From an uncultured Bacilli bacterium (GTDB taxonomy: Bacteria; Bacillota_I; Bacilli_A; RF39; UBA660), in contig CAKOJJ010000001.1 of assembly GCA_934089275.1 (NCBI GenBank), forward strand, positions 49,918 to 113,917: a stretch of 64,000 nt of DNA, in the 5' to 3' direction. Both the position numbers and the translations under genes were made by a program. How positions within the stretch are numbered: position 1 is the first letter of the stretch; every line of letters starts with the position of its first letter. Below, piece after piece: positions 19,122 through 29,739 of this stretch. The notes under the pieces are model-generated. The model made no database searches. It saw only the letters and a list, made by a program, of their open reading frames with translations, and was not told the DNA's origin.

Positions 19122-20268
19122 CTATAAAAGATGTAAACATCCTCAAATTAATTCCAAATTAGAAGAATATTTAAATCCAGATTATGTTTATATTCCGCTT
19201 CCAGACAATTTCAATATTCAATTAACTGATGAAAAAAAAGTTATGAAAAATGATATATTATTTGAAAAAAACGGAAAATCAACTTTTAGTCCAATAAGTG
19301 GAGTTATAAAAAGCATAAGTAATGATATAAAGATAAATAATCACGATGTAAAATGTTTGGTAATTGAAAACAACTTTAAAGAGGATATTAAACAAAATAA
19401 GTGGGCAACAAAATATATAAATAAATACTCTAAACAAGAGTTATTGGATTTATTAAAAAAATATATGCCGGAGTTGCGTAAATTCAATGATGAAAAAACA
19501 ATTTTAATAAATGGTATAGATAAAGAAGAAACCGAAAAGAATTATTCTTTTATAATCAATAATAAAAGTGATAAACTTTTAGAAACTGCTGATGCTTTAT
19601 CGAATATTCTTGAAATTGATAATGTAATATTTGCTATAAACAATAAAGATTCCAACAATGTTATTAATTTAACAAGCAATATTGGAACATACCCAAATAT
19701 TAGATTAAAACTTCTCCCAGATGTATATCCAATTGGCTTTAAGAATATTTTAACGAAAAATGTATTGTCAAAAAAAGAAATAGAAAATGGAGTTATTTAC
19801 TTAACCGTAGAAGATTTAATAAACATATATAATGTTTTAAAAAGAAGAAAACCAATAACAGAAAAATATGTAACTATTGGTGGAAATTGTATAAAAGAAT
19901 CCATAGTTGTAAATACCAAAATAGGTGTTAAAATAGCTGATTTAATAAAAAGTACTTGTGAAATAATTAATGAAGATTATTATGTTATTGTAAATGGTCT
20001 TATTTCTGGCATAACTTTAGAATCTTTAAATTCAATAATCACTTTAAGTACAAGAAGTATATTTTTAAATACCCTTGATAAGACCAGTGAAAAAGAATGC
20101 ATTAATTGTGGACTTTGTACATTAAAATGTCCAGTTGGTTTGAATCCTAAATATATAAGGGAACATAAAAAAGCAGATAAAAGTAAATGCATTAATTGTG
20201 GCTTATGTTCATATATTTGTCCAAGTAAAATCAATTTTAAGGAGTGTTTAAACAATCATGAAAAATAA
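19114..20268 (+). CDS. RnfC-like protein with two 4Fe-4S ferredoxin motifs
   Basis: N-terminal RnfC-type barrel-sandwich region, ILINGID matching the LIINGAECEP region, and C-terminal CINCGLCTLKCP and CINCGLCSYICP motifs. Confidence 0.5.
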   Translation: MNSYKRCKHPQINSKLEEYLNPDYVYIPLPDNFNIQLTDEKKVMKNDILFEKNGKSTFSPISGVIKSISNDIKINNHDVKCLVIENNFKEDIKQNKWATKYINKYSKQELLDLLKKYMPELRKFNDEKTILINGIDKEETEKNYSFIINNKSDKLLETADALSNILEIDNVIFAINNKDSNNVINLTSNIGTYPNIRLKLLPDVYPIGFKNILTKNVLSKKEIENGVIYLTVEDLINIYNVLKRRKPITEKYVTIGGNCIKESIVVNTKIGVKIADLIKSTCEIINEDYYVIVNGLISGITLESLNSIITLSTRSIFLNTLDKTSEKECINCGLCTLKCPVGLNPKYIREHKKADKSKCINCGLCSYICPSKINFKECLNNHEK

Positions 20269-21166
20269 TGTGTATGTGCGTAGCAATAAATCGATAAAAT
20301 CTATAACATTAACTAAATTGTTGTTTTTGCTTCCTCTAATAATTTATGGTTTCTATAAAAATGGTATTTATTTGTATCAAGAACACTATATCTCCTTTAT
20401 CGAAATATTTAGACCTCTTATTTATGTTTCGATAGGAGCATTAATAGGTATATTTGTAAATGTTTTTTACGAAAAAATTATTAAGAAAAATAACGATAAT
20501 TTAGATTCAATTATATTTTCTTCGTTTCATTTAGAATACGGAGTAATTATAGGATGCCTAGTATCTATCAACACAAGCGTTCTTATTTATACTTTAGTAT
20601 TGCTAACGATTTTTATGATATCAAAATTTTTAAATAATCGAGTAAATATTATGTGTTTTACTTTAATAATAATATATCTAATAAGTAAAGTAATGGGTAA
20701 CGCTTCTTTCATGAATTCCTATGAAATGAGCAAAACATTCTCTTATGAATTTATGGATTATTTAATCGGAAGATTTCCTGGTGGAGTAGCAAGTACACAT
20801 GTAATATTAATTTGTTTAGGATTATTTGGGTTGTATATGACGAATAATATAAAAATAGATATAAGTCTTTCAAGTTTAGTAACATTATTTTTACTATTCG
20901 GAATATATTCATTGATAACAAATAGTAATTTTACTAATTTTTTCTTCGCTAACAACATTGTAATGCTCATGAGTTACGTAGCAACAGACACTAAAACTAG
21001 TTGTTATACAAGGAAAGGTATGATTGTTTTTGGAGTTTTAATTGGCTTACTGACTTTCATAAACTATTTTATAGAACCAGTTCTAGCTCCTTTAGTTAGT
21101 ATATTATTTGTAAGTTTATTCAATAATTTCATAGACAGAAAAGCAAACTCATTGCAAAAACAATAA
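20258..21166 (+). CDS. polytopic membrane protein, possibly RnfD/NqrB-like
   Basis: About 8 predicted TM helices and coupled to the RnfC-like gene. The similarity to RnfD is weak. Confidence 0.3.
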   Translation: MKNNVYVRSNKSIKSITLTKLLFLLPLIIYGFYKNGIYLYQEHYISFIEIFRPLIYVSIGALIGIFVNVFYEKIIKKNNDNLDSIIFSSFHLEYGVIIGCLVSINTSVLIYTLVLLTIFMISKFLNNRVNIMCFTLIIIYLISKVMGNASFMNSYEMSKTFSYEFMDYLIGRFPGGVASTHVILICLGLFGLYMTNNIKIDISLSSLVTLFLLFGIYSLITNSNFTNFFFANNIVMLMSYVATDTKTSCYTRKGMIVFGVLIGLLTFINYFIEPVLAPLVSILFVSLFNNFIDRKANSLQKQ

Positions 21167-21202
21167 AAAATTTATATAATTAATAGAGATAGGTGGTTAA
21201 AA

Positions 21203-21616
21203 ATGGCAAATTTTTGTACTAATTGTGGAAATAAATTAAATTTAAATGATACAGTTTGTAGTAATTGTGGCAAAGCAATTAAAGATAGAGCTGTAAGGGA
21301 AGAAGTAAAAGCAGAAAAAGTTACTGAAGAAACTAACGAATCATCAACAAACCAAAATCAAACTCAAAACCAAAGTTATAATCCTCAAGCAAAAAACAAA
21401 ATTGTTGCTGGTCTTTTAGCAATATTCTTAGGAGGATTTGGAGTTCATAATTTCTATTTAGGATACAACGGCCGAGCAATTGCTCAACTTCTTATAACGG
21501 TATTAAGTTGTTGCACGCTTTCCTTTGTTTCTTCACTTTGGGGATTTGTTGAAGGAATCTTAATTCTTTCAGGAAATATCGACACAGATGCTTCAGGAAA
21601 TAAATTGGTTGATTAG
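21203..21616 (+). CDS. zinc-ribbon + TM2 domain-containing protein
   Basis: CTNCG...CSNCG zinc ribbon followed by a TM2-domain-like GLLAIFLGGFGVHNFYLGY segment. Confidence 0.6.
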   Translation: MANFCTNCGNKLNLNDTVCSNCGKAIKDRAVREEVKAEKVTEETNESSTNQNQTQNQSYNPQAKNKIVAGLLAIFLGGFGVHNFYLGYNGRAIAQLLITVLSCCTLSFVSSLWGFVEGILILSGNIDTDASGNKLVD

Positions 21617-21639
21617 TAGACACTTACTTAACAATACTT

Positions 21640-21670
21640 AGGAATATATCAAAAATGTATTCCTTTTTTT
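21640..21670 (+). terminator. rho-independent terminator
   Basis: aggaata/tattcct hairpin followed by a T7 run. Confidence 0.7.
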
Positions 21671-21698
21671 ATGTTATACTTAACATAGGGTGATTGTT

Positions 21699-22856
21699 GT
21701 GAAAAGAGCATTAAAATATATTAAAAACTCAATCAAAAACGTTGATATTCCATTGCTATTAGTAACAACAGCATTAATAATATTTGGACTTATAATGGTG
21801 TTCAGTTCATCAAGTGTTACAAGTGTTTTAAGTTATAAAAAAACACCTTATTATTTCTTTGAAAAACAATTATTGGTTGTCATAGCTGGTATATTTATAT
21901 CTCTAGTTGTTATCAATTTTCCAACCAAAAATTATGGCCCGATATCAAAATTAGGTATTCTACTAATGATTATTATGCTTATAGCATTAAAAACCTATGG
22001 AACAGTTACCAATTCAGCAAGAAGTTGGTTTAAAATATTAGGATTTTCTATACAACCTAGTGAGTTTGCTAAAACATTTATTATTTTATATCTTGCATGT
22101 ACTTATTCAAAAATTAAGAAATTTAAAAATGTAAGTGATGTTTTTTTGCCAATGATCCCATGTATAATCGTCTTTTTCCTAGTTGCCTTAGAACCGGATT
22201 TAGGAACTGCATGCTTAATTGCAATAATATGTATGTTTATCTTTTTTTCATTACCACTTTCAAATAACAAAAATATGAAAATGTTAAAAATCGCCACAGT
22301 AATAGCAGCTATTGGAGGAATATTTTTCCTTAACTTTAATTCAGATATATTAACATCAGCTCAAGCAAGCAGATTCAATTTTAAAAATCCTTGTTCTAGA
22401 TACCTAGAAGAAACAGGATACCAAGTATGTAATGGTTATATTGCAATTCATAACGGAGGAATATTTGGTGTTGGGCTTGGAGCATCAACTCAAAAATATT
22501 TGTATTTACCAGCAGCTCATACCGATTTTATTTTCCCAATTATTGTTGAGGAACTTGGTCTTATTGGAGGAACATGTGTATTAATAGCTTACATAGTTTT
22601 ATTATTTAGAATTTTAGTAATCGCTAGAAACGCGACTAATTTAAGAAATTCTATAATTGCCTTTGGAACATTTGCTTATATTTTAAGCCACATAGTTATT
22701 AATTTAGGAGGACTTCTTGCATTAATACCTCTTACTGGTGTTCCACTTCCATTCTTAAGTTATGGTGGATCATTCATGTTAAATATAATGATACTTACAG
22801 CTTTAACTCAAAGAGTAAATATAGAAACTAAAAGAAAAAGAGAAACAGAATATTAG
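21699..22856 (+). CDS. FtsW/RodA/SpoVE (SEDS) family peptidoglycan glycosyltransferase
   Basis: SEDS-family topology and motifs. GTG start at 21699 after GGGTG. Confidence 0.75.
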   Translation: MKRALKYIKNSIKNVDIPLLLVTTALIIFGLIMVFSSSSVTSVLSYKKTPYYFFEKQLLVVIAGIFISLVVINFPTKNYGPISKLGILLMIIMLIALKTYGTVTNSARSWFKILGFSIQPSEFAKTFIILYLACTYSKIKKFKNVSDVFLPMIPCIIVFFLVALEPDLGTACLIAIICMFIFFSLPLSNNKNMKMLKIATVIAAIGGIFFLNFNSDILTSAQASRFNFKNPCSRYLEETGYQVCNGYIAIHNGGIFGVGLGASTQKYLYLPAAHTDFIFPIIVEELGLIGGTCVLIAYIVLLFRILVIARNATNLRNSIIAFGTFAYILSHIVINLGGLLALIPLTGVPLPFLSYGGSFMLNIMILTALTQRVNIETKRKRETEY

Positions 22857-22870
22857 AAAGGATTAATATT

Positions 22871-23959
22871 ATGAGTGCATTTAATAATAGATTTCATATT
22901 AAAGAAGAAAATGGTGTAATCACTAATGTTGATGAAATAAGAAATTTATTAGAAGAATTTGATGGTAAATTCAGTGATGAAGAATATCGTTATGTTGAGT
23001 CTTTAATAACTTTTCTTTCTAACAGTGATATCAAAAACAAGTATCCATTAATAACTTTATTAAATAAATATAAATACAACGATAAATTAAACAATAACGG
23101 AGAAGCGAGCGAATATTTAAAAATGGTTTTAGGTATGGAAGTTGGAATTGTTTCTTTTAAAAACGATGGAGTAGATAACTATTACTTTTACTATTATAAA
23201 AATAAAAAAATACACGTATTAGAATGTATGCAAATATATGATTTAGCAAATTATGTTAATACTCATGTAACTCCTACAACCGATAAAGAAACCATAATTG
23301 ATGGGTATATAAATTATTTAACAATTACATTGAATTTTAATCCTGTTCCTAAAGAAATTGATATGGATGATTTAAATGAAGAAGCAAAATTAGCAATAGA
23401 AGAATATATGAAAAGAAAAAGAGTTGAAAGATATCACATTTATCAAGATTCTAAAGGACAATTATTCATTATTGCCGGCAGTGCAATTATAAGATATGAT
23501 TCAAAAATGAATAATCTTTATTATTTAAAAAGTGAAGATGTGTATCAAGACTTAAAAGATAAAACTTATGAATACGAAGATATACACGTGCTTTTACCAT
23601 TTGAAATAGATATCGATCGATTAAATGAAATATTAGATAATTTTCAAAATATAAATAGTTATGAGAGAAGATATTTGGAAGCAGCAATCAAAACAATTAT
23701 CGAAAAACCAGAACTTTTAGATGATTCTGCAAGTGGAATACTTACTCGATATATTAAAATGCTCAATCAAAGAGTTATGAATAATACATTTATATTAACA
23801 AAGATTGAAAAAGAATTTTTGGCAAGAACACATGATAAGGTAGAAGGTTGTTCTCTTGAAAAAACATTACCAAAATTTAATGGAGGATATATAGTTGTAG
23901 CAATGGAAATTTTAATTATCGCGATGTTTGTTGTAACTTATATATCTCTTGCTAAATAG
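22871..23959 (+). CDS. hypothetical tail-anchored protein
   Basis: 362-aa ORF with a single C-terminal TM helix. Confidence 0.4.
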   Translation: MSAFNNRFHIKEENGVITNVDEIRNLLEEFDGKFSDEEYRYVESLITFLSNSDIKNKYPLITLLNKYKYNDKLNNNGEASEYLKMVLGMEVGIVSFKNDGVDNYYFYYYKNKKIHVLECMQIYDLANYVNTHVTPTTDKETIIDGYINYLTITLNFNPVPKEIDMDDLNEEAKLAIEEYMKRKRVERYHIYQDSKGQLFIIAGSAIIRYDSKMNNLYYLKSEDVYQDLKDKTYEYEDIHVLLPFEIDIDRLNEILDNFQNINSYERRYLEAAIKTIIEKPELLDDSASGILTRYIKMLNQRVMNNTFILTKIEKEFLARTHDKVEGCSLEKTLPKFNGGYIVVAMEILIIAMFVVTYISLAK

Positions 23960-24001
23960 ATATAAATAAAGTATAATTTAATTAGTTTACAAGGAGGAAA
24001 T

Positions 24002-24544
24002 ATGGATTTTTTAGATGAATGTGAAATGAACATGATGAAGGCAATTGAAAACCTAGAAGCAAGACTTATAACAGTTCGTGCTGGACGTGCAAATGCATCA
24101 ATGCTTAATGGAATTATGGTTGAATATTATGGAGCACCGACTCCAATTAACCAAGTTGCAAATATAACTGTTCCAGAAGCAAGACAACTATTTATTAAAC
24201 CATTTGATAGAAGTATTATAAAAGATATTGAAAGAGCTATAAATGAAGCAAACATTGGAATAACTCCAACAAATAATGGTGAAATGGTTATCTTAACTGT
24301 TCCTCAACTTACTGAAGAAACAAGAAGAAATTATGTTAAACAAGTTGATGAAATGGGCGAACAAGCTAAAATTGCTTTAAGAAATGCAAGACAAGACGCT
24401 AATAACGATATCAAAAAAAATGAAGAATTAACTGAAGACGATAAAAAAAGATATCAAGAAGATGTTCAAGAAATCATAAATAAATATAATAAAATAGTTG
24501 ATGAAAAAATCAAAGAAAAGACAACTGAATTAATGAGCGTTTAA
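24002..24544 (+). CDS. frr: ribosome recycling factor
   Basis: Frr pattern (ITVRAGRA...MLNGIMVEYYGAPTPINQVANI). Confidence 0.85.
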   Translation: MDFLDECEMNMMKAIENLEARLITVRAGRANASMLNGIMVEYYGAPTPINQVANITVPEARQLFIKPFDRSIIKDIERAINEANIGITPTNNGEMVILTVPQLTEETRRNYVKQVDEMGEQAKIALRNARQDANNDIKKNEELTEDDKKRYQEDVQEIINKYNKIVDEKIKEKTTELMSV

Positions 24545-24557
24545 TGCTCATTTTTTT
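24533..24557 (+). terminator. rho-independent terminator of frr
   Basis: tgagc/gctca hairpin spanning the stop codon, followed by a T7 run. Confidence 0.6.
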
Positions 24558-24561
24558 ATGA

Positions 24562-25682
24562 GATAATTTGTCAAATCAAGTGCAACATTCATATAAATAC
24601 TCATTAAATAATTCTTGTGGTGTTTTATAATTAATGCATTTTCTTGGTCTATTATTTAGAAGTTTAAGTACATTTTGAACTTCTTTTTCATCTGTCTTAG
24701 ATAAATCCATTTGCTTTGGATAAAACTCTCTTAACAATCCATTTGAATTTTCATTTGTTCCCTTTTGCCATGCGCAATATGGATCCGCAAAATACATATT
24801 TGTTCCTAATTCTTCTTCGATTCGTTTCCAACCAGCGAATTCTTTTCCTCGATCACATGTTATTGTTTTAACTGCTTCTTTTGGCAAATCTTTTAATAAT
24901 TCTATTATTGCATTAGTAACAGTTTCTTCCTTTCTATTAGGTATCCATTTTACTAAATATAATCTTGTTTTTCTTTCTGCTAAAGAAACAAAACAGTATT
25001 TACTTTTCAAAGTACAATTATTTAACTTCCCTGAAACAACTGTGTCAGCTTCCCAATGTCCAAATGTATTCCTCTTGTATACTTCCTTAGGTCTCTTTTT
25101 GATTGTTTTACCTAAATTAAATCGTCCTCTTGTTTCGGCAGGCCTTTTAAATTTTCCTTTTCTTCTTAAATGTTCAATTTTTATTTTTGGAATGTACCCT
25201 AAGTGAATCCATCTATATATTGTGGATATGGAAGGAAAATTAGCTGGTTTATTATCATCACTTCTATTAGTTATTTGATCTGGAGACCAATGTAATTCTA
25301 TTTTAGTTTTTATATATTCTATTGATGCATTAGTTGCTATTATTGACCTATGACATTTAGTTCTTCTTTCTTTATACTTTCTATTAGCATGAGTAGGTAC
25401 ATATCTTGTTACTGAATTATTTATTCCTGTTTTATAAGAATTTCTTTTTAATTCTCTAGAAATTGTAGATACATTTCTATTTAAATGTTTAGCCATTTCT
25501 CTTAAACTCATATTCATTTCTTTAAATTTACTTATACAAGCTCGTTCTTCTATGGTAAGATGTATATAGTTCATATTTATTACTCCTTAATGTTTGATTA
25601 GACACCAACATTATATCATGAGTAATAATATGAACTTTTTTATTGAGATAATCATATGTTGCACTTGTTATTATAAATTATC
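24562..25682 (-). mobile_element. IS30-family insertion sequence (about 1.12 kb)
   Basis: Imperfect 27-bp terminal inverted repeats: gataatttgtcaaatcaagtgcaacat at 24562-24588, and its reverse complement at 25656-25682, with about 21 of 27 matching. Flanked by 'atga' on both sides (24558-24561 and 25683-25686). Encloses a single intact transposase ORF. Confidence 0.7.
24576..25574 (-). CDS. IS30 family transposase
   Basis: N-terminal HTH (LSLREMAKHLNRNVSTISRELKRN). DDE motifs: HWEADTV, TCDRGKEF and a distal glutamate. 332 aa. Confidence 0.85.
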   Translation of the reverse strand: MNYIHLTIEERACISKFKEMNMSLREMAKHLNRNVSTISRELKRNSYKTGINNSVTRYVPTHANRKYKERRTKCHRSIIATNASIEYIKTKIELHWSPDQITNRSDDNKPANFPSISTIYRWIHLGYIPKIKIEHLRRKGKFKRPAETRGRFNLGKTIKKRPKEVYKRNTFGHWEADTVVSGKLNNCTLKSKYCFVSLAERKTRLYLVKWIPNRKEETVTNAIIELLKDLPKEAVKTITCDRGKEFAGWKRIEEELGTNMYFADPYCAWQKGTNENSNGLLREFYPKQMDLSKTDEKEVQNVLKLLNNRPRKCINYKTPQELFNEYLYECCT

Positions 25683-25684
25683 AT

Positions 25685-25708
25685 GAAAAAAAACACTCGA
25701 ATGAGTGT
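25685..25708 (-). terminator. rho-independent terminator (minus strand)
   Basis: acactc/gagtgt hairpin with a U-run on the minus strand. Confidence 0.6.
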
Positions 25709-25915
25709 CTATTTGCTAGTAGCTGTTATAAAATAATAAATTAAAGGTGCAGCAATACTTGCAAGCATTGCAAAGAACATTACCCAAACAAATATTTTTA
25801 CACCAAGTGGAGTATCACTTGATTTTTTGTTCTTCTTCTTTTTCTTAGCTTCTTTAATTTTTATATTTCCAACAGTTTCATAGCTTTTTTCATCTTTCAT
25901 AAACTTCACCTGCAT
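25709..25915 (-). CDS. small membrane protein
   Basis: 68 aa with a Lys-rich segment followed by one TM helix. Confidence 0.4.
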   Translation of the reverse strand: MQVKFMKDEKSYETVGNIKIKEAKKKKKNKKSSDTPLGVKIFVWVMFFAMLASIAAPLIYYFITATSK

Positions 25916-25967
25916 AAATTATATAATATTTAGAATAAAATTTAAAGATTAAAATATAAATTAATAG

Positions 25968-26519
25968 GTGATAGTTTTGAAAAAGAATAAATATGCTCTA
26001 GTACTCGTATTATCCATTTTTGTAATTTCTAGTGTTGTTGGTTTTATATATGGAATTAATAATCCATATGATATAAGTGAATACGTCAAGAATATTGATA
26101 AAAATATGCTTTTATTTAATCATTTATTAGTTATCGCTTTATTTTTCTTTTCAACGATATCTTTAATTGGAATACTAATAAATGGATTCTATATTGGATT
26201 TGAAGGCGTTTCTATAGGTTTTGTAATTTCATCGTTCTTTAAGACTTATGGTATAAAAGGAGTCTTATATTCGTTAATTAATTTACTTTTTAATAAAGGA
26301 CTTTTTATTGTAATTCTAGTTTATCTATTTATTGTTGGAATAAAATATGTTAAGAAAAGTCTATCAAACGTTGTGGGACTAAGCACTGATTACTTAATAG
26401 TTTTAATGAAACCAATGGTAAAAAAATATTTATTGATAATTGGTTTTATTGTTATATATGATTTATTAAATTATTTTCTTCTTTATAAACTAGTCAAATA
26501 TTTTACTTTTATGTTATAG
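25968..26519 (+). CDS. polytopic membrane protein (possibly SpoIIM/DUF95-like)
   Basis: 183 aa with about 5 TM helices. Family assignment is tentative. Confidence 0.35.
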   Translation: MIVLKKNKYALVLVLSIFVISSVVGFIYGINNPYDISEYVKNIDKNMLLFNHLLVIALFFFSTISLIGILINGFYIGFEGVSIGFVISSFFKTYGIKGVLYSLINLLFNKGLFIVILVYLFIVGIKYVKKSLSNVVGLSTDYLIVLMKPMVKKYLLIIGFIVIYDLLNYFLLYKLVKYFTFML

Positions 26520-26578
26520 TTTTTTCATTTGCTAAATGATGTAACTTATACTATAATTAATGCAGTAGAGGTGGAATT

Positions 26579-27688
26579 ATGGCTAAAAAAGTGGTTGTTG
26601 GCATGAGCGGTGGTGTTGATTCATCAGTGGCTGCATATTTGTTACAAAAGCAAGGATACGAAGTAATTGGATTATTTATGAGAAATTGGGATTCTTTAGT
26701 TAATAATGATACAGAAGGGAATCCTAATTTAGGAAATAATATATGCCCTCAAGAGCAAGATTATAATGACGCATTAGAAGTCTGTAACGCTTTAGGTATT
26801 CCTTTGCATCGAGTTGATTTCATTAAAGAATATTGGGATAACGTATTCACATATTTCTTGGATGAATTAAAAAAAGGAAGAACTCCAAACCCTGATTTAA
26901 TGTGTAACAAATACATCAAATTTGATTTATTTAAAAAAGAAGCTAAAAAACTTGGAGCTGATTATATTGCAACAGGTCATTATGCAAGAATTGTTGGCAA
27001 CAAACTATTAAGAGGAGTTGACTCTAATAAAGATCAAACATATTTTTTAGCTCAAGTATCTGCCGATCAACTTAAAGATGTTTTGTTTCCAGTAGGTGAT
27101 TTAGATAAGAGCGAAGTTAGAGAAATTGCAAGCAAGATAAATCTTCCAACAGCTAAGAAGAAGGATTCCACAGGAATTTGTTTTATTGGAGAAAGAAACT
27201 ATCAAAAGTTTTTACATAATTATTTAAAACCTAATCCAGGTAACATAGTTGATATAGATTCTGGAGAAATAATTGGAACTCATAACGGATTAATGAATTA
27301 TACAATCGGTCAAAGAAGAAATGTTGGAGTTTCTGGTTTTAAGGATAAACATTTTGTTGTTGGAAAAGATGTAGAAAAGAATATTTTGTTTGTTGCTTTT
27401 GGTGATAATCCTGAAACCCTTTACAGTGATGAATGTATTATTGAAGATGTTAACTTAATTAGTCCGAACCACCCAACTTTTGCAACGGCAAAATTTAGAT
27501 ATCGTGGACCAGACTACGAAGTAATGCTAGAATATTTGGACAACAACGAAATAAGAGTTAGTTATCCAGAAAAAGTTCCTGCAGTTACTCCAGGTCAAGC
27601 ATGTGTTATTTATTTAGGAGAACAATGTATTGGATCAGGAATAATTAAAACAGTTGGAAAAAACGGAGAAAAGCTTTGGTATTTATAA
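26579..27688 (+). CDS. mnmA: tRNA-specific 2-thiouridylase
   Basis: VVGMSGGVDSSVAA PP-loop and MnmA-like length of 369 aa. Confidence 0.9.
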   Translation: MAKKVVVGMSGGVDSSVAAYLLQKQGYEVIGLFMRNWDSLVNNDTEGNPNLGNNICPQEQDYNDALEVCNALGIPLHRVDFIKEYWDNVFTYFLDELKKGRTPNPDLMCNKYIKFDLFKKEAKKLGADYIATGHYARIVGNKLLRGVDSNKDQTYFLAQVSADQLKDVLFPVGDLDKSEVREIASKINLPTAKKKDSTGICFIGERNYQKFLHNYLKPNPGNIVDIDSGEIIGTHNGLMNYTIGQRRNVGVSGFKDKHFVVGKDVEKNILFVAFGDNPETLYSDECIIEDVNLISPNHPTFATAKFRYRGPDYEVMLEYLDNNEIRVSYPEKVPAVTPGQACVIYLGEQCIGSGIIKTVGKNGEKLWYL

Positions 27689-28014
27689 AAAGCTTTTTTT
27701 ATTTCAATAAAAAAGGTAGCTGAGCAGCTACCATAAGTGGTGTCTATGAGTATTCTCATAAACAGGTGATTTCCTCACCAAATAAATGATATCATATTCT
27801 TGATAAAAACATCAACTAAAAAGTGATGTTTTTTGTTATTTTGTAAATTTTTTATAATACCTAAAAAAAACATTTTAGAAAATATTTTAAAGACACTAAA
27901 ATTGCTCGATCATAAGAAATTTATACATATTTTTTAGCTTTTTTTGAAAAAATGTCAAAAAAAAGAAGAAATTTAAGACTTTTAGGGTAAAATATATATT
28001 TAGAAGGTGAAATT

Positions 28015-29739
28015 ATGGCTGCAATTAGTAATGAAGAAATTAATTCAATTCAAAAACAAGCTAATATTGTAGACATAATTAGTTCCTATATTAATCTTGA
28101 AAAAAAAGGTAGTAATTATTTTGGAATATGTCCATTTCATGACGACCATAATCCATCAATGTCCGTAAGTGAAGAAAAAGGAATATTTACTTGCTTTGTT
28201 TGTCATAAAACTGGTAATGTATTTAATTTTGTTCAAGACTTTGAAAACATAAGTTTCATTGAAGCCGTTAAAATTGTTGCTGACAAAATAGGAGCATCAT
28301 TAAGTGAAGGAATTCACGTTGTAAGTAAATATGATAAACATTATGAAGCCATGAATTTAGCTATCAAGTTTTATCAAAACAATTTGAGAAGTAAAGATGG
28401 AATAGAAGCTAAGAAGTATTTGCAAAATCGTGCATTAAGTGATGAAGTGATAGACGAATTTGAAATTGGTTTAGCACCCAATAATGATGCTTTATCAAAC
28501 CTACTTTTAAATAAAGGTTTTGATGAAAATGTTTTACTTGATGTTGGATTAATAAACCATGGTAATAAAATATATGATATTTTTAAGAATCGTATAACAT
28601 TTCCAATACATAATGCCAATGGAAAGCCAGTTGGAATAAGTGCTCGTATATATAAACAAAGCGAAGACGCTAAATATGTAAACACTAAAGAAACCGTTAT
28701 ATTTAAAAAAAGTGAAGTATTATTTAATTATCATCGAGCCGTAAGTGAAGCAAGGTTAAAGAAAACAATGATAATTGTTGAAGGTCAAATGGATGCAATA
28801 AGAGTTTATTCTTGTGGAGTAAAAAATGTTGTTGCAACTATGGGTACAGCACTTACAAAAGAACATATTAAACTTTTAAGCAAATTAAATGTTAAAGTTA
28901 TTTTATGTATGGATAATGACTCAGCTGGAGAAATGGCCACAATAAAAAACGGAGAAAAATTAACCGAAGCAGGAATTGAAACCTTAGTTTTAAGAATCAG
29001 TGGAGCCAAAGACCCGGATGAATATTTAACTAGTCATGATGTCAGTGAGTTTATCGATGCTGTTGATCATGCTGTAACATTCTTTGATTTCAAATTAAAT
29101 CAATTGAAGAAAAATAAGAATTTTGATAAGGTTGATGATGTTTCAGCATATGTTAATTCAATACTTGCAGAGTTAAGCAAATGTAAAGATGATATTTTAA
29201 TAGACTTAACAATCAATAAATTGGCAAACGATTATGGAATCGATAGGAATACTTTGATGAACAAAGTCATTAAAGTTGAAAGTAAGCCCGAAAATATAAC
29301 TAAAGTAGAAGTAAAAAAGAAACTACAAAAAGATGAAAAATTATATGGTTTAATATGTTACTACATGATGAATGATACTAAATACATTAGACTATATGAA
29401 CAAGAACTTGCATATTTACCAAATGATGAGTATAATACACTTGCAAATGATTTATTAGCTTTCTATATAAAATATAATTATATAAGTATTGCTGATTTTA
29501 TATCATATGAGGTTGAAAGTGATGCTTATGAACTTGCAATTCAAGTAATAGACGAATTTATTCAAAATACGTTAAGTGATGAAGAAATTATCGATGTTGT
29601 AAATAAAGTAAAAGATCTAGCTAACGAAAGAAAGATAAAAGAATTGAAAGAAAAATTAAAAACAACAACGGATATAAATGAAAAGCTTCGTATTAATGAT
29701 GAAATAGTGAATTTAAAAAAGAGGATGTGTGTTAAATGA
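28015..29739 (+). CDS. dnaG: DNA primase
   Basis: [13 protein letters not shown] zinc finger, Toprim motif EGQMDAI, and synteny with sigA. Confidence 0.9.
   Translation: MAAISNEEINSIQKQANIVDIISSYINLEKKGSNYFGICPFHDDHNPSMSVSEEKGIFTCFVCHKTGNVFNFVQDFENISFIEAVKIVADKIGASLSEGIHVVSKYDKHYEAMNLAIKFYQNNLRSKDGIEAKKYLQNRALSDEVIDEFEIGLAPNNDALSNLLLNKGFDENVLLDVGLINHGNKIYDIFKNRITFPIHNANGKPVGISARIYKQSEDAKYVNTKETVIFKKSEVLFNYHRAVSEARLKKTMIIVEGQMDAIRVYSCGVKNVVATMGTALTKEHIKLLSKLNVKVILCMDNDSAGEMATIKNGEKLTEAGIETLVLRISGAKDPDEYLTSHDVSEFIDAVDHAVTFFDFKLNQLKKNKNFDKVDDVSAYVNSILAELSKCKDDILIDLTINKLANDYGIDRNTLMNKVIKVESKPENITKVEVKKKLQKDEKLYGLICYYMMNDTKYIRLYEQELAYLPNDEYNTLANDLLAFYIKYNYISIADFISYEVESDAYELAIQVIDEFIQNTLSDEEIIDVVNKVKDLANERKIKELKEKLKTTTDINEKLRINDEIVNLKKRMCVK

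Noticed and set aside
24551-25655. 16-bp direct repeat tttttat(t)gagataat flanking the IS element as a possible target-site duplication
   Set aside because: The right-hand copy lies inside the element, in the transposase 5' UTR, while the left copy overlaps the left IR. Their positions are not symmetric, so they are not a TSD. The real flanking duplication is the 4-bp 'atga'.
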